64,000 nucleotides of DNA from Promethearchaeota archaeon (GTDB lineage Archaea; Asgardarchaeota; Lokiarchaeia; Sigyniarchaeales; SOKP01). Under the pieces are notes generated by a model, which made no database searches, was not told the DNA's origin, and saw only the letters and a list, made by a program, of their open reading frames with translations. The stretch lies in NCBI GenBank assembly GCA_016840085.1, contig JAEOTA010000081.1, forward strand, positions 192,001-256,000. The letters are read 5' to 3'. Of the stretch, positions 1-10,292 are shown in pieces (the first letter of the stretch is position 1; the number at the start of each line of letters is the position of its first letter). A program made the translations under genes and the position numbers.

Positions 1-2742
1 CAATTCAAGCGACTGGGATGTTATTTTTGGGACTGGGATAACCCTTATATTACCTTTAGGAATAGTTATCTTGAGGGAATTTGGTGGACTTTGAAAAAAG
101 CTTGGGAAAATGGACTATTATATCAATTCTATAGACCTTTAAATTGTTGTCCCAGATGTGCTACGGCTCTCGCAAAACATGAGCATGAGTATAAAAATAT
201 AGAAGATACAAGTTTATTTCTCAAAATAAAAGCTGTAGATTTGTATAATACTTACTTTATAATTTGGACCACAACTCCATGGACTTTAGTTGCTAATGAA
301 GCAATAATGGCAAATCCATTTGCAGAGTATGGGAAAGTACACATAGAAGATCTTGATGAATATTGGATTTTATCAAAAGCATCCATTACTCACCTTATTT
401 CAGGGGAATTAGGATACAAATATAAAATTGTAGAAGATTATCAAGGTACAGATTTAGAAGGTATGAAGTATATTCATCCTCTATTAGAAGAAGTGCCATA
501 TCAAAAAGAATTGGAAAAAGAAAGTGATACAGTTCATACTATAATATTGTCAGAAGAATATGTTTCTGCTTCAGAGGGAGTGGGATTAGTTCATACTGCG
601 CCTGGACATGGCCCTGAAGATTTTGAAGTAGGTGTAGCTAATAATATACCAGTTTTTACTCCTGTTAATATTAGAGGAATTTATACTAAAGATGCAGGCA
701 AATTTGCAGGAAAATTCGTCTTTGATGCTAATGACGAGATCTTAGATATATTAAAAAACAAGGGCACTTTAATATTTACGACTGAGATTGAGCACGAGTA
801 TGCTCATTGTTGGCGTTGCGATTCTAAGTTAGTATATAGAGCCACAAATCAATGGTTTTTTAAAACTGAACGTCTAGTTCCCGAATTATTAGAAAAAAAT
901 AGTGAGATATATTGGGTCCCAGATTGGGCAGGAAATCGTTGGTTCAAAAGTTGGTTAAGTACCTTAAAAGATTGGTGTATTTCAAGACAACGATTTTGGG
1001 GTATCCCATTAAGTGTATGGATTTGTGATAATGAAGGTTGTGGGGATGTTACGGTTATTGGTTCGGCTAAAGAATTAAAAGAAATAGCTGGAAAGTGTCC
1101 AGAAGATTTACATCGTCCATGGATTGATGAAGTTACTTGGAAATGTAAAAAATGTAAAAGTGGTACAAAAAAGAGGATTCCTGATATTTTGGATGTTTGG
1201 TTAGACTCTGGCTCTGTTATGTGGGCTGCTCAAGAAGTTTACGATGGAAAAAGTCATTTTGGCACATGGGTTCCAGCGGATTTTATACTCGAAGGAAAAG
1301 ATCAGATTAGAGGTTGGTTTAATACTCTATTATGTAGCGCAATGGTATCCTCTGGGAGAAAAAATTATGATGCTTGTTATATGCATGGTTGGACTTTAAG
1401 AGATAAAATGAAAATGAGCAAATCAAAAGGAACTCAAATTTATCCTGAGGATCTTATTGATGGAACTTTGGATGAACTCAAAAAAAAGAAGTCTTATTCG
1501 AAAATAAAGGGAATTGAAACCTTCCGCTTTTATGCTATTGGAGTTACACAACCTGGTCGGGATTTTAATTTTGTTGCTAAAGAATATGCAGATACTTATA
1601 AGATAATTAATACTATATGGAATGTTTATGTCTATGCTAGTGAGAAGTTCGATTTAGCAGGATTTGATCCATCAAAAGTAATTTTAAAAGAAAATATGTT
1701 AAGTAAATTAGATAAATGGATGATTTCCAAAGTAAATTCTACAATTAAAAAGATTACAGAATTATCAGATAATTATGAACTTCCATGGATTACAGGAGAA
1801 ATTAGAGATTTAATTGTTAATGATATTAGTAGATGGTATATCATGTTAAATCGAGAGAAACTTGACATATATTCTGAAGATCCAAACAAAGAAATCATAA
1901 TGAGAGTACTATTCGAATCCCTATTCAATGTGCTTTTAATGCTTGCCCCTATAAATCCAATGCTTACAGAGGAAATTTATTTTAAGATGTTCAAATCTTA
2001 TATGAAATCGATGGGTTTAAATGAAGTAGAAAGTATACATCTCCAAGATTGGCCTAAAATTGATCAAAATAAGATTGATTCAAAATTAGAAGAACAGATG
2101 GTATTCACAAGAGATTTAATTGAGAATGTTCGCGCTTTAAAGGATGAGAACAAAATAAGATTGAGATGGCCAAATAAGAGAATAATAATTGAACCAAAAG
2201 AAGATATGCCAGACATAATCTTTCCAGATATAATAAAAACGATTGGAAATATAAAAGAATTAGAAACTAATGAATCTGTAAAGACAGGGGAAAATCTAAT
2301 TAAAGGAGAATCAAAATATTATAACATATATTTGGATATCAGTGTAGATGATGAGCTTTTAGGTGAACGTGTAGTTAATGATTTAATTCGAAATATTCAG
2401 TTTTCACGTAAAAAAAGTAATTTTAAAGTTGGAGAAAAAATCTCATTAAAAATTGGAACTACGACTGAATACTTAAAAGAGTATTTAGAAAAGAATAAAG
2501 AAATAATTGCCGATAAAGTAACTGCTGAAAAATTTGAGATAATCCTCGGCGATATACCAGAAGAAAAAATTGAAGTTTCAGGAAAATTGAGTATTTGTGC
2601 TAATCGGGATTGTTCTGCTTCATTAAAAAACAATACAATATCAAAATTAGTAAAAAAACAGAAAATAAAATGCCCCTATTGTAATTCAGATTTAAGTAAT
2701 GAATCAATACAACCCTTAACTTTTAGCTTTAAGAGAATCTGA
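1..2742 (+). CDS. ileS: Isoleucine--tRNA ligase (5'-truncated by window edge)
   Basis: Frame is open from base 1 (QFKRLGCYFWDW...). Editing-domain motifs WTTTPWTL and GVGLVHTAPGHG, DWCISRQRFWG, and KMSKS are present. Confidence 0.96.
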   Translation, partial: QFKRLGCYFWDWDNPYITFRNSYLEGIWWTLKKAWENGLLYQFYRPLNCCPRCATALAKHEHEYKNIEDTSLFLKIKAVDLYNTYFIIWTTTPWTLVANEAIMANPFAEYGKVHIEDLDEYWILSKASITHLISGELGYKYKIVEDYQGTDLEGMKYIHPLLEEVPYQKELEKESDTVHTIILSEEYVSASEGVGLVHTAPGHGPEDFEVGVANNIPVFTPVNIRGIYTKDAGKFAGKFVFDANDEILDILKNKGTLIFTTEIEHEYAHCWRCDSKLVYRATNQWFFKTERLVPELLEKNSEIYWVPDWAGNRWFKSWLSTLKDWCISRQRFWGIPLSVWICDNEGCGDVTVIGSAKELKEIAGKCPEDLHRPWIDEVTWKCKKCKSGTKKRIPDILDVWLDSGSVMWAAQEVYDGKSHFGTWVPADFILEGKDQIRGWFNTLLCSAMVSSGRKNYDACYMHGWTLRDKMKMSKSKGTQIYPEDLIDGTLDELKKKKSYSKIKGIETFRFYAIGVTQPGRDFNFVAKEYADTYKIINTIWNVYVYASEKFDLAGFDPSKVILKENMLSKLDKWMISKVNSTIKKITELSDNYELPWITGEIRDLIVNDISRWYIMLNREKLDIYSEDPNKEIIMRVLFESLFNVLLMLAPINPMLTEEIYFKMFKSYMKSMGLNEVESIHLQDWPKIDQNKIDSKLEEQMVFTRDLIENVRALKDENKIRLRWPNKRIIIEPKEDMPDIIFPDIIKTIGNIKELETNESVKTGENLIKGESKYYNIYLDISVDDELLGERVVNDLIRNIQFSRKKSNFKVGEKISLKIGTTTEYLKEYLEKNKEIIADKVTAEKFEIILGDIPEEKIEVSGKLSICANRDCSASLKNNTISKLVKKQKIKCPYCNSDLSNESIQPLTFSFKRI

Positions 2743-3026
2743 TGATACACTTATTTTAATATTTTCGGACTTAATTCAGAGAGGATTATGGGTTTTTACT
2801 GAACTTTTAAACTTTTTTTTATAAATTATTCTATAACTCGATTGTTGTTTCTATGCTTTATGAATTTTTAATGGGTATAAGGAATTTGAAAAAGTTGCAC
2901 TATTAATATAGACAATTGAATACAATTTAATGCAAATTAAAAAAATTAAAATAGGAAGGAAGTATAAGTTTTACTAACGTAAATCTCATAAAAACATTTA
3001 AATAAACAAAGGTTAAAGTATATATT

Positions 3027-5075
3027 ATGTCAAGTAAATCTAAAATAATAATTGGAATTGTTTTACTAGCAGTTGGTGGTGGTTTAATACCAACTGGTAT
3101 ATTAACAAATGACTATTTACGTGATGCAGTCTACGATGGAGTGCCTGATGCTCTTCTGCAAATTCAAGATGAAGCCGTCTCTGAAATAGAAGAATTGGTA
3201 CCTGTATTAGCAACTCCCTCAGCACTACTGGGCGCAAAAGAAGAAGCAATAGAAGGCATTAAACCAATGGTAGCAGTAGCAGAAACTCCCGGTATTCTTC
3301 GCACTCTCAAAGCTACAATGGAGGCACAAATTCCTTATATACTTACTTTCACCACAGCAGCACACCTCCTTAATTTATCTTACTATTGGGCAGAAGGCAC
3401 TTACGGTCCTGGAAATGGGGCTGAGCAATTTTTTAATAATCCTGGCTATTTTGATCCTTATTCGCAAATCGGACCTTCCACTTTTGCGGGAATTAGTATG
3501 GGCTATACACCATTAGCACAACAAAACCTCCTATTCGATGGTTTTTATGATAGTATAATAGCAGATTATTACTCTGAGTGGTTTCCTACTTCCATTCCCG
3601 GTTTAATCACCGATACTACATTGGGTTCAGGTGTCGGCAATTATTATAGTTATTTTGGAACTGCCGATTATTTTGCTAATGTTGTGTTAGACACCTATCC
3701 TAAAGATGTAATGATGGCAAAGTATAATGCTACATGGGACCAATTAGGAACTTTATGGGCTTATTTTGAATATTTTTTGTTTCCTACTGTCGTTCCTACA
3801 GCATTTCTCAATAATTACGGTATTGATATAGTTACTGCAGCTACTTATGGGTTTTACTTCCAATGGGCGAATGGTACTTTCGTACCTGATGGAATTGATT
3901 TAAGTGCTTTATTGGGTCTTGATTCAGAACTTAAAGGCGTTGAAGCAGGGGTTCCAGCGCCTACTAACATTTCTCTTGCTAATTCTATTGATCTATGGAA
4001 TGATTCAATTCCTTTATCATTTGCAAATGATGATGGAATTTATGCCTGGTTAGATGGAACTGTTACAAATTCCACATTTGGCCTTGATGAAACTCAATTT
4101 GCGATGGTATTAAGCTGGTTAAATAATTTTATCACAAATGTGGCTCCCACCCTTATTGAAAATGACCAAGGAGTTACTATGGATAGGATTGGGGAAGTAT
4201 TATTTTACGAGCAATGGGCAAATGGTACTATTCAAGGTGAAGTAATGGTTCCAGGTGGATTTCTTACTGAACTCGGTGATGAATTTGAAGGGCCACCTTA
4301 TCTTGAAGCTGGTTTACAAGTTCCTACAAACATTTCTTTGGATGCAACAGAAGACCTATGGGATGAATATAATAAATTATCTTTCGCAAACGGAGATGGA
4401 GTTGAAGTGTGGGTTGGAGCAGCGACAAATACTACTCTTAAGGCGCTAATTAAGGATGAGTTTAATATTACTTCAGCGGAGGTTGATTTGCTTGTAGAAT
4501 GGTTAAATCACTTCATATTTGGGCTTAATAAATTTATTAGGGGAAAAACTCTAAAACTTCTTGAATATGCGACTGGTTATGATTTATCTCAATTCTCTTT
4601 AAGGTTATTCTATGAGCAATGGGCGAATGGAACGATAAACGGCGAAGAAGTTATACCTGATGGATTTCTCAGTATGCGAGATCCTCCTATCTACGGACCA
4701 CCCTATTTTGAACTGGGTATAATGTATGCCTGTGGGATAACATTTCCACAAGTAGAAGATCTTTGGCGTGAATCTAGTGATTATGCCTTAACTTCTGTTA
4801 AAGGAGTTAATAAGTGGTACAAGGCAAAAGAAGGTAATGACCAGTGGAATGAGTTAGCTGACGAATTTGACTTTGATTATATTCAAATGTTAGCAATAAC
4901 AACATGGTTACCAGAATTTAGAGATACTCTTGTGAATAAATTAGCAAAAGATGATATGAATTTACCTATGGAGCCTTATGATCTAGGTAACACACTATTT
5001 CTCACTTTACTACCCATAGGGTCAGTCCTTGCAGTATTAGGAGTAGTAGCTTTAATTTTATCGAGGAGATCATAA
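3027..5075 (+). CDS. Membrane-anchored surface protein with N- and C-terminal hydrophobic helices and 3 or more QWANGT repeats
   Basis: Hydrophobic N-terminus (IIIGIVLLAVGGGLI) and C-terminus (LLPIGSVLAVLGVVALIL). QWANGT at 3861, 4212 and 4617. Many N-x-S/T sequons. Confidence 0.85.
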   Translation: MSSKSKIIIGIVLLAVGGGLIPTGILTNDYLRDAVYDGVPDALLQIQDEAVSEIEELVPVLATPSALLGAKEEAIEGIKPMVAVAETPGILRTLKATMEAQIPYILTFTTAAHLLNLSYYWAEGTYGPGNGAEQFFNNPGYFDPYSQIGPSTFAGISMGYTPLAQQNLLFDGFYDSIIADYYSEWFPTSIPGLITDTTLGSGVGNYYSYFGTADYFANVVLDTYPKDVMMAKYNATWDQLGTLWAYFEYFLFPTVVPTAFLNNYGIDIVTAATYGFYFQWANGTFVPDGIDLSALLGLDSELKGVEAGVPAPTNISLANSIDLWNDSIPLSFANDDGIYAWLDGTVTNSTFGLDETQFAMVLSWLNNFITNVAPTLIENDQGVTMDRIGEVLFYEQWANGTIQGEVMVPGGFLTELGDEFEGPPYLEAGLQVPTNISLDATEDLWDEYNKLSFANGDGVEVWVGAATNTTLKALIKDEFNITSAEVDLLVEWLNHFIFGLNKFIRGKTLKLLEYATGYDLSQFSLRLFYEQWANGTINGEEVIPDGFLSMRDPPIYGPPYFELGIMYACGITFPQVEDLWRESSDYALTSVKGVNKWYKAKEGNDQWNELADEFDFDYIQMLAITTWLPEFRDTLVNKLAKDDMNLPMEPYDLGNTLFLTLLPIGSVLAVLGVVALILSRRS

Positions 5076-5142
5076 AAAATTAACAAATTTTAAAATTAAT
5101 ATTTTTCTTTTTTTTATTTTCTTGTTGAATTATGTGATTAAT

Positions 5143-6210
5143 TCAATTAGTGTGTAATGATGTATTTTCTTTTTTATAATAATCTAACCAGTAATTAAAC
5201 ATATTTTTTAAGGTTGTCTCTATAGGTATTTTTGGTATCCATCCTAATTCCTTCGTTATTTTTGAATTATCTCCCAGAATAAAATCCTCATCACTTGCTC
5301 TTAATTTTCTTGGAGTATTTTCTCTGATTTCTATTTCTATTTTTGAAAAACTTAGTGCTATATTCAAAATTTCTCTGATTTGAATTTTCCTACTAGAACA
5401 AATATTATAAGTTTCTCCTGGTTTTCCTTTTATTGTAGCTAACCAAATTGCTGGAATGACGTCCATGACATCTAAAAAATCTCTATAGGGGTGTAAATTT
5501 CCCACCTCAATAATGGGGGCAATTAATTCTAAATCAATTTGCGCAATTTTCCTTATAAAATCAGAGGGAGCATCATTTATCCTGCGAATCCCTGTAATAT
5601 TGAAGAATCTCAAATTTAATATTTCAATTTCAAAATTTAAAAAATATTGACGTGCTAAGAGTTCTGCTGCGATTTTACTTATACCATATGGGTGTACTGC
5701 CAGTAAGGGATCAGTTTCTTTTAAATGTCTTTCTATTTTTGTGGTCGTTCCATATTCAGTTGCGGAACAAGCCAATATTACTCTTGTTGGAATATTATAT
5801 TTCTTAATCGGTTCAAAAATATTTATAGTGCCTATAACGTTCGTGTTAAATGTATCAATAGGATCCTCAAAAGATGGAACAATATAGGGTTGTGCAGCAA
5901 AATGAAATATAAATATTGGTTTAATAATTTTAATAATCTTTTCTAAAAGTGGCGCATTTTTTATATCGCATTCAATAATTTTTAACTTAGTATTATTTGT
6001 TGGGATTTCAATCGATACTCCAAATATTTTCAATTTTTCTTTATTGGAGAATGTTTCTTTCCCATCAGTATAATGCTTTAAATTTTTATATTTTTGGTTC
6101 GGTCTTTCTAAAGCATAAATCTCATAATCCTTTTTAATAAAAAAATCAGTAAGATGAGATCCTAAAAATCCATTTGCTCCTGTAATTATAATCTTATCCA
6201 TTTCAGACAA
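5143..6210 (-). CDS. GDP-mannose 4,6-dehydratase / GDP-6-deoxy-mannose reductase-like extended SDR
   Basis: TGANGFLG Rossmann motif, HFAAQ, YGISK (YxxxK), VGNL..RDFLDV. Confidence 0.85.
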   Translation of the reverse strand: MSEMDKIIITGANGFLGSHLTDFFIKKDYEIYALERPNQKYKNLKHYTDGKETFSNKEKLKIFGVSIEIPTNNTKLKIIECDIKNAPLLEKIIKIIKPIFIFHFAAQPYIVPSFEDPIDTFNTNVIGTINIFEPIKKYNIPTRVILACSATEYGTTTKIERHLKETDPLLAVHPYGISKIAAELLARQYFLNFEIEILNLRFFNITGIRRINDAPSDFIRKIAQIDLELIAPIIEVGNLHPYRDFLDVMDVIPAIWLATIKGKPGETYNICSSRKIQIREILNIALSFSKIEIEIRENTPRKLRASDEDFILGDNSKITKELGWIPKIPIETTLKNMFNYWLDYYKKENTSLHTN

Positions 6211-6226
6211 TCTTTATTATACTTTT

Positions 6227-7360
6227 TTATTTTAGTAAGCCTTTATCCTTTAAAATGTCTATTGCTTTGGTAAAATTATCTTGAAAATTATTTGCAGATG
6301 ATTGTATCCAGTTTAATACTTCATCTATTCCTTCCTTAAATGGTATAGTAGGTCTAAATCCTAGTTTAACTTTAATTCTTGAGATATCAGCAATACAATG
6401 TCTTATATCACCAACTCTATATTGCTGATTATAAATTGGTTTTAAGTCTGGATTTATTTTTTCTGACAAAATTTCAGCAACATCTTTAATTGTAATTGGT
6501 ATTCCGGTCCCAACATTGAAGATTTCTCCATTCGCAGCATTTTTTTCCATTGCAAGAATTAAGGCTTGACAGACATCTTGAACATTCACAAAATCTCTAG
6601 TTTGATGTCCATCTTCAAAAATAATTGGAGGTTTTCCACTAAGTAATCTCGTACCAAATATCGCACAAACTCCAGTATAAGGATTTGATAATGCTTGTCT
6701 TGATCCATATACTAAGAAAAATCTTAATATGGTGGTTTTAATTCCATAAGTTTCACCAATTAATAGAGAACTTTGTTCCTGTGCTTGTTTGGAAAAAGCA
6801 TAAATGGAACTAGGATCAAAAGGAGTGGTCTCATTAGACAATAATGGTTCAACTTTCTTACCGCATTTAGGACATAATAATTCCCACTCTTTAGTTTTCA
6901 ATTGATCCATAGTTCTTAATTTAGGGAAGACAATTCCACAATCATCGCAACTATATTTACCTTCCCCATATACAGTATTAGATGATGCTACGATCAATTT
7001 TTTAATATCATGTTCACTATTAGCAAGAATATCTAGTAGATTAGCTGTACCAAGAATATTATTTTCTATATAATCTTTAACTTGATACATTGATTGCCCA
7101 ACGCCAACTTTTGCTGCCAGATGAAAAACAATATCACTTCTTTTAATTAATTCTTCTAATTTATTGTAATCTGAAACTGAGCCAAGAATAAATTCAGCTT
7201 TTTCATTTAAGTAACTTGGTGCTTTAGTTCTCTTCCCATGCACTTGTTCTTCTAATGAATCAAATACAATAACATTACATTCCTTTTCTTCTATTAATGT
7301 ATCAACTAAATGAGACCCTATAAAACCAGCTCCACCAGTAACTAATATTCTTTTTTTCAT
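6227..7360 (-). CDS. NAD-dependent nucleotide-sugar epimerase/dehydratase with Cys4 insertion
   Basis: TGGAGFIGSH, YAFSK, EDGHQTRDFV. Insert CDDC...CPKC. Confidence 0.9.
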   Translation of the reverse strand: MKKRILVTGGAGFIGSHLVDTLIEEKECNVIVFDSLEEQVHGKRTKAPSYLNEKAEFILGSVSDYNKLEELIKRSDIVFHLAAKVGVGQSMYQVKDYIENNILGTANLLDILANSEHDIKKLIVASSNTVYGEGKYSCDDCGIVFPKLRTMDQLKTKEWELLCPKCGKKVEPLLSNETTPFDPSSIYAFSKQAQEQSSLLIGETYGIKTTILRFFLVYGSRQALSNPYTGVCAIFGTRLLSGKPPIIFEDGHQTRDFVNVQDVCQALILAMEKNAANGEIFNVGTGIPITIKDVAEILSEKINPDLKPIYNQQYRVGDIRHCIADISRIKVKLGFRPTIPFKEGIDEVLNWIQSSANNFQDNFTKAIDILKDKGLLK

Positions 7361-7706
7361 TATTATTTCTTTAAGAAGGTATTACTCTTATATACTCAGA
7401 TCTAAACTTTAAAATATTAAATAATTGATGTAATTTTGAAAAAGATAACTTAAGATTTAAAATGACTGTAAAAATAAAAAAAGAGATTATTAATTTTTAA
7501 AGACTAGTTCTAATTTCAAAATGAGTTTTAATAATGATTGTTAGGTAAATACCCCATTGAATCTAAAGCATTTAATATTATTTTTTTACTTTCTTCAGCA
7601 TTATTGCTTATTATATTTAAAAATCGAAATATTTTCTATTTTAATTTTATTCACTAAAAATAAGAACACACTCTATTAAATAGTTAAATTTTACATATAT
7701 ATCCAA

Positions 7707-8807
7707 TTAATCTGATAGAATTCTTTCTTTAATAATTGCTACTATTCTTTTTGCAGTATTTCCATCCCATTTTTCAATTTTTTTACTTTCTTTATAATTA
7801 TTTGATAAAATATCATCGATACATGCTTTTGCTTTATAAAAATTATTTCCAATTACTGTATTTGTCCCAATATCCACAGTAATAGGTCTTTCGGTATTTT
7901 TTCGCAAAGTAAGAACTGGTATTTTCAGATATGAAGCTTCTTCTTGGATCCCTCCTGAATCAGTTAAAATAAATCTTGAGTTGGACATTAAATTTAGAAA
8001 ATCTAAATAACCAATTGGTTCAGATAAACAAATATTTTTATTCTGCAATTTTTTATTAAGTTTGAATTTTACAAGATTCTTTTGTGTTCTGGGATGAATA
8101 GGAAAAAAAATTTGAATCTTTTCTTGAAGATAATTTATGATTTTTATAATTTTTTCAAAATTTTCCTTTATGTCTACATTGGAAGGTCTGTGCAACGTTA
8201 TTAAAGCATATTTACTTTTTTTTAAATTAAACTTTTTCAGTGAGTTCAATGTCTTGGCTTTTTTGAGATTCATTATTAATGTATCAATCATTATATTTCC
8301 AACAAAATAAATTTTTTCAGAGCTGATACCTTCACGTTTAAGATTTATTTCTGCACTTTTTTCTGTTATAAATAAAAAATCAGCAATTTGATCAGTTAAT
8401 AATCTGTTAATTTCTTCAGGCATGCTCATATCAAAACTTCTTAATCCGGCTTCTACATGGGCAACTTTAATGAATCTTTTTTTAGCTACTAAAGCACAAG
8501 CTAATGTTGAATTGACATCTCCAACTACTATAACTAATCTTGGTTTTTCATTCAATAAGACTTTTTCAAACTCAATCATAATTTTTGCTGTCTGAATAGC
8601 ATGAGATGCTGAACCAACATTTAGATAAATATTTGGCTCTGGTATTCCAAGATTCTCAAAGAATATCTTTGACATATTATAATCATAGTGTTGTCCGGTA
8701 TGTATTAATTTATACTCTATATTTTCTTTTTGAAATTCTTGGATTAATGGAGCAATTTTCATGAAATTAGGTCTCGCTCCTGCTATGATATGTATCAATT
8801 TGTTCAT
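7707..8807 (-). CDS. wecB: UDP-N-acetylglucosamine 2-epimerase (non-hydrolysing)
   Basis: GARPNFMK, HTGQHYD, HVEAGLRS, MPEEINR, TDSGGIQEEA. Confidence 0.95.
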   Translation of the reverse strand: MNKLIHIIAGARPNFMKIAPLIQEFQKENIEYKLIHTGQHYDYNMSKIFFENLGIPEPNIYLNVGSASHAIQTAKIMIEFEKVLLNEKPRLVIVVGDVNSTLACALVAKKRFIKVAHVEAGLRSFDMSMPEEINRLLTDQIADFLFITEKSAEINLKREGISSEKIYFVGNIMIDTLIMNLKKAKTLNSLKKFNLKKSKYALITLHRPSNVDIKENFEKIIKIINYLQEKIQIFFPIHPRTQKNLVKFKLNKKLQNKNICLSEPIGYLDFLNLMSNSRFILTDSGGIQEEASYLKIPVLTLRKNTERPITVDIGTNTVIGNNFYKAKACIDDILSNNYKESKKIEKWDGNTAKRIVAIIKERILSD

Positions 8808-9061
8808 TTTCAGTAATAAAAATATTATTATAAAACTTTCATAAAAAAAATTAATATTTATTAATGTTTCAAGGAAATAATAATTAATTCTTTTAATTGG
8901 AGTATAGTAAAACTGATTAATTCAAAGTAAAACTTATGGTTTTTCAAATTTTTTTGAAATATTATAAAAATATTTTAAATTTCAATATGAAATAAGAGTA
9001 ATATTGATAACATTAAATCTTGATCAATATTCTTTTTAAAAATAATATCTAATTTATTTTT

Positions 9062-10222
9062 ATGATAAGAATAATTAAAGATTTGTCTAAGATTAATTTC
9101 TTACAGCCATCAATTCTTAGATTACTTTTAAGAGATTTTTTTAAAATAAATAATAAAATTCAATCAAATTTATTTCATATACAAAAAGCTATTGATTGGC
9201 TAATTCATGCTCAATCAAAAACTAAAGATGGGGGGATTTCTCTTGGTTATTCATTAAAATTAGGATGGTTCCCATCATATCCTGAAACATCAGGATATAT
9301 TATTCCAACATTATTAGACTATTACAATATTTCTCATAATGATTTTTATAAAAAAATTTGTAAAGAAATTGCAGATTGGGAATGTTCTATCCAATTAAAG
9401 AATGGAAGTTTTCCAGGTGGATTTATAACACAGAATAAAGAATATTCTATTTTTAATACAGGACAAATCATTTTAGGTTTGATCAGGGCATTTAAAGAAT
9501 TAAAATTTAAAAATTATTTGGATTGTGCCATTAAAGCAGGTGAATTTTTGGTTGATAATCAAGAAACTAATGGTAATTGGATAAAATATTGCTTTAAAAA
9601 TAAGCCTCATACATATAATGTACGAACAGCGTGGGCTTTATTAGAATTATACAAAATTACTCATAATAATATATTTAAGGAATCTGCTATTAAAAATTTG
9701 AAATGGGCATTATCTCAAAAATTTGATAATTATTGGTTTAAAAATAATGATCCTACTATTGAATTGAAACCTTTATTACATTTTATTTCATATACAATTA
9801 GAGGATTTTTAGAATCTGGGTTAATTTTAAAAGATAATAAATATATTCGAATAGCAGTTGAAACTTCGAAAATTTTATTAGATTATTTTATAATCAATGG
9901 ATTTTTACACGCAAGATTTAACTCAAATTGGGAAAGTAATGATTATCTTAGTTGTTTAACAGGAGATGCTCAATTGTCTATTATTTGGTTAAAATTATAT
10001 GAAATATGTCAGGATGACCGATTTCTTATAAATGCTATAAAATTAAATAACTATTTAAAATCGAAACAAGTTTTAAATAAACGGAATAAGGCAATTGATG
10101 GTGCTATTAAAGGATCTGATCCCATTTGGGGAAATTATATGAGATTTACTTTTTTAAATTGGGCTGCTAAATTTTTTTGTGATGCTTTAATCCTTGAAAA
10201 TAGAATACTAAAAACAAATTGA
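9062..10222 (+). CDS. Alpha/alpha-toroid protein of the kind found in polysaccharide loci (function unknown)
   Basis: SYPETSGYIIPTL, recurring W/FL..xQ..xG (QW-like) repeats, CLTGDAQ, NWAAKFF. Confidence 0.65.
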   Translation: MIRIIKDLSKINFLQPSILRLLLRDFFKINNKIQSNLFHIQKAIDWLIHAQSKTKDGGISLGYSLKLGWFPSYPETSGYIIPTLLDYYNISHNDFYKKICKEIADWECSIQLKNGSFPGGFITQNKEYSIFNTGQIILGLIRAFKELKFKNYLDCAIKAGEFLVDNQETNGNWIKYCFKNKPHTYNVRTAWALLELYKITHNNIFKESAIKNLKWALSQKFDNYWFKNNDPTIELKPLLHFISYTIRGFLESGLILKDNKYIRIAVETSKILLDYFIINGFLHARFNSNWESNDYLSCLTGDAQLSIIWLKLYEICQDDRFLINAIKLNNYLKSKQVLNKRNKAIDGAIKGSDPIWGNYMRFTFLNWAAKFFCDALILENRILKTN

Positions 10223-10292
10223 AAAAATTAATGTCGTAAGAGTATTAACACAAATTTTTATTATATTCTATCCATACCAAATTATTATTTTT

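Noticed and set aside
7391-7407. Short inverted similarity (TTTAGATCTGAG) to the 3' end of the methyltransferase at ~13460
   Set aside because: Only about 12 bp in AT-rich DNA, not distinguishable from chance.
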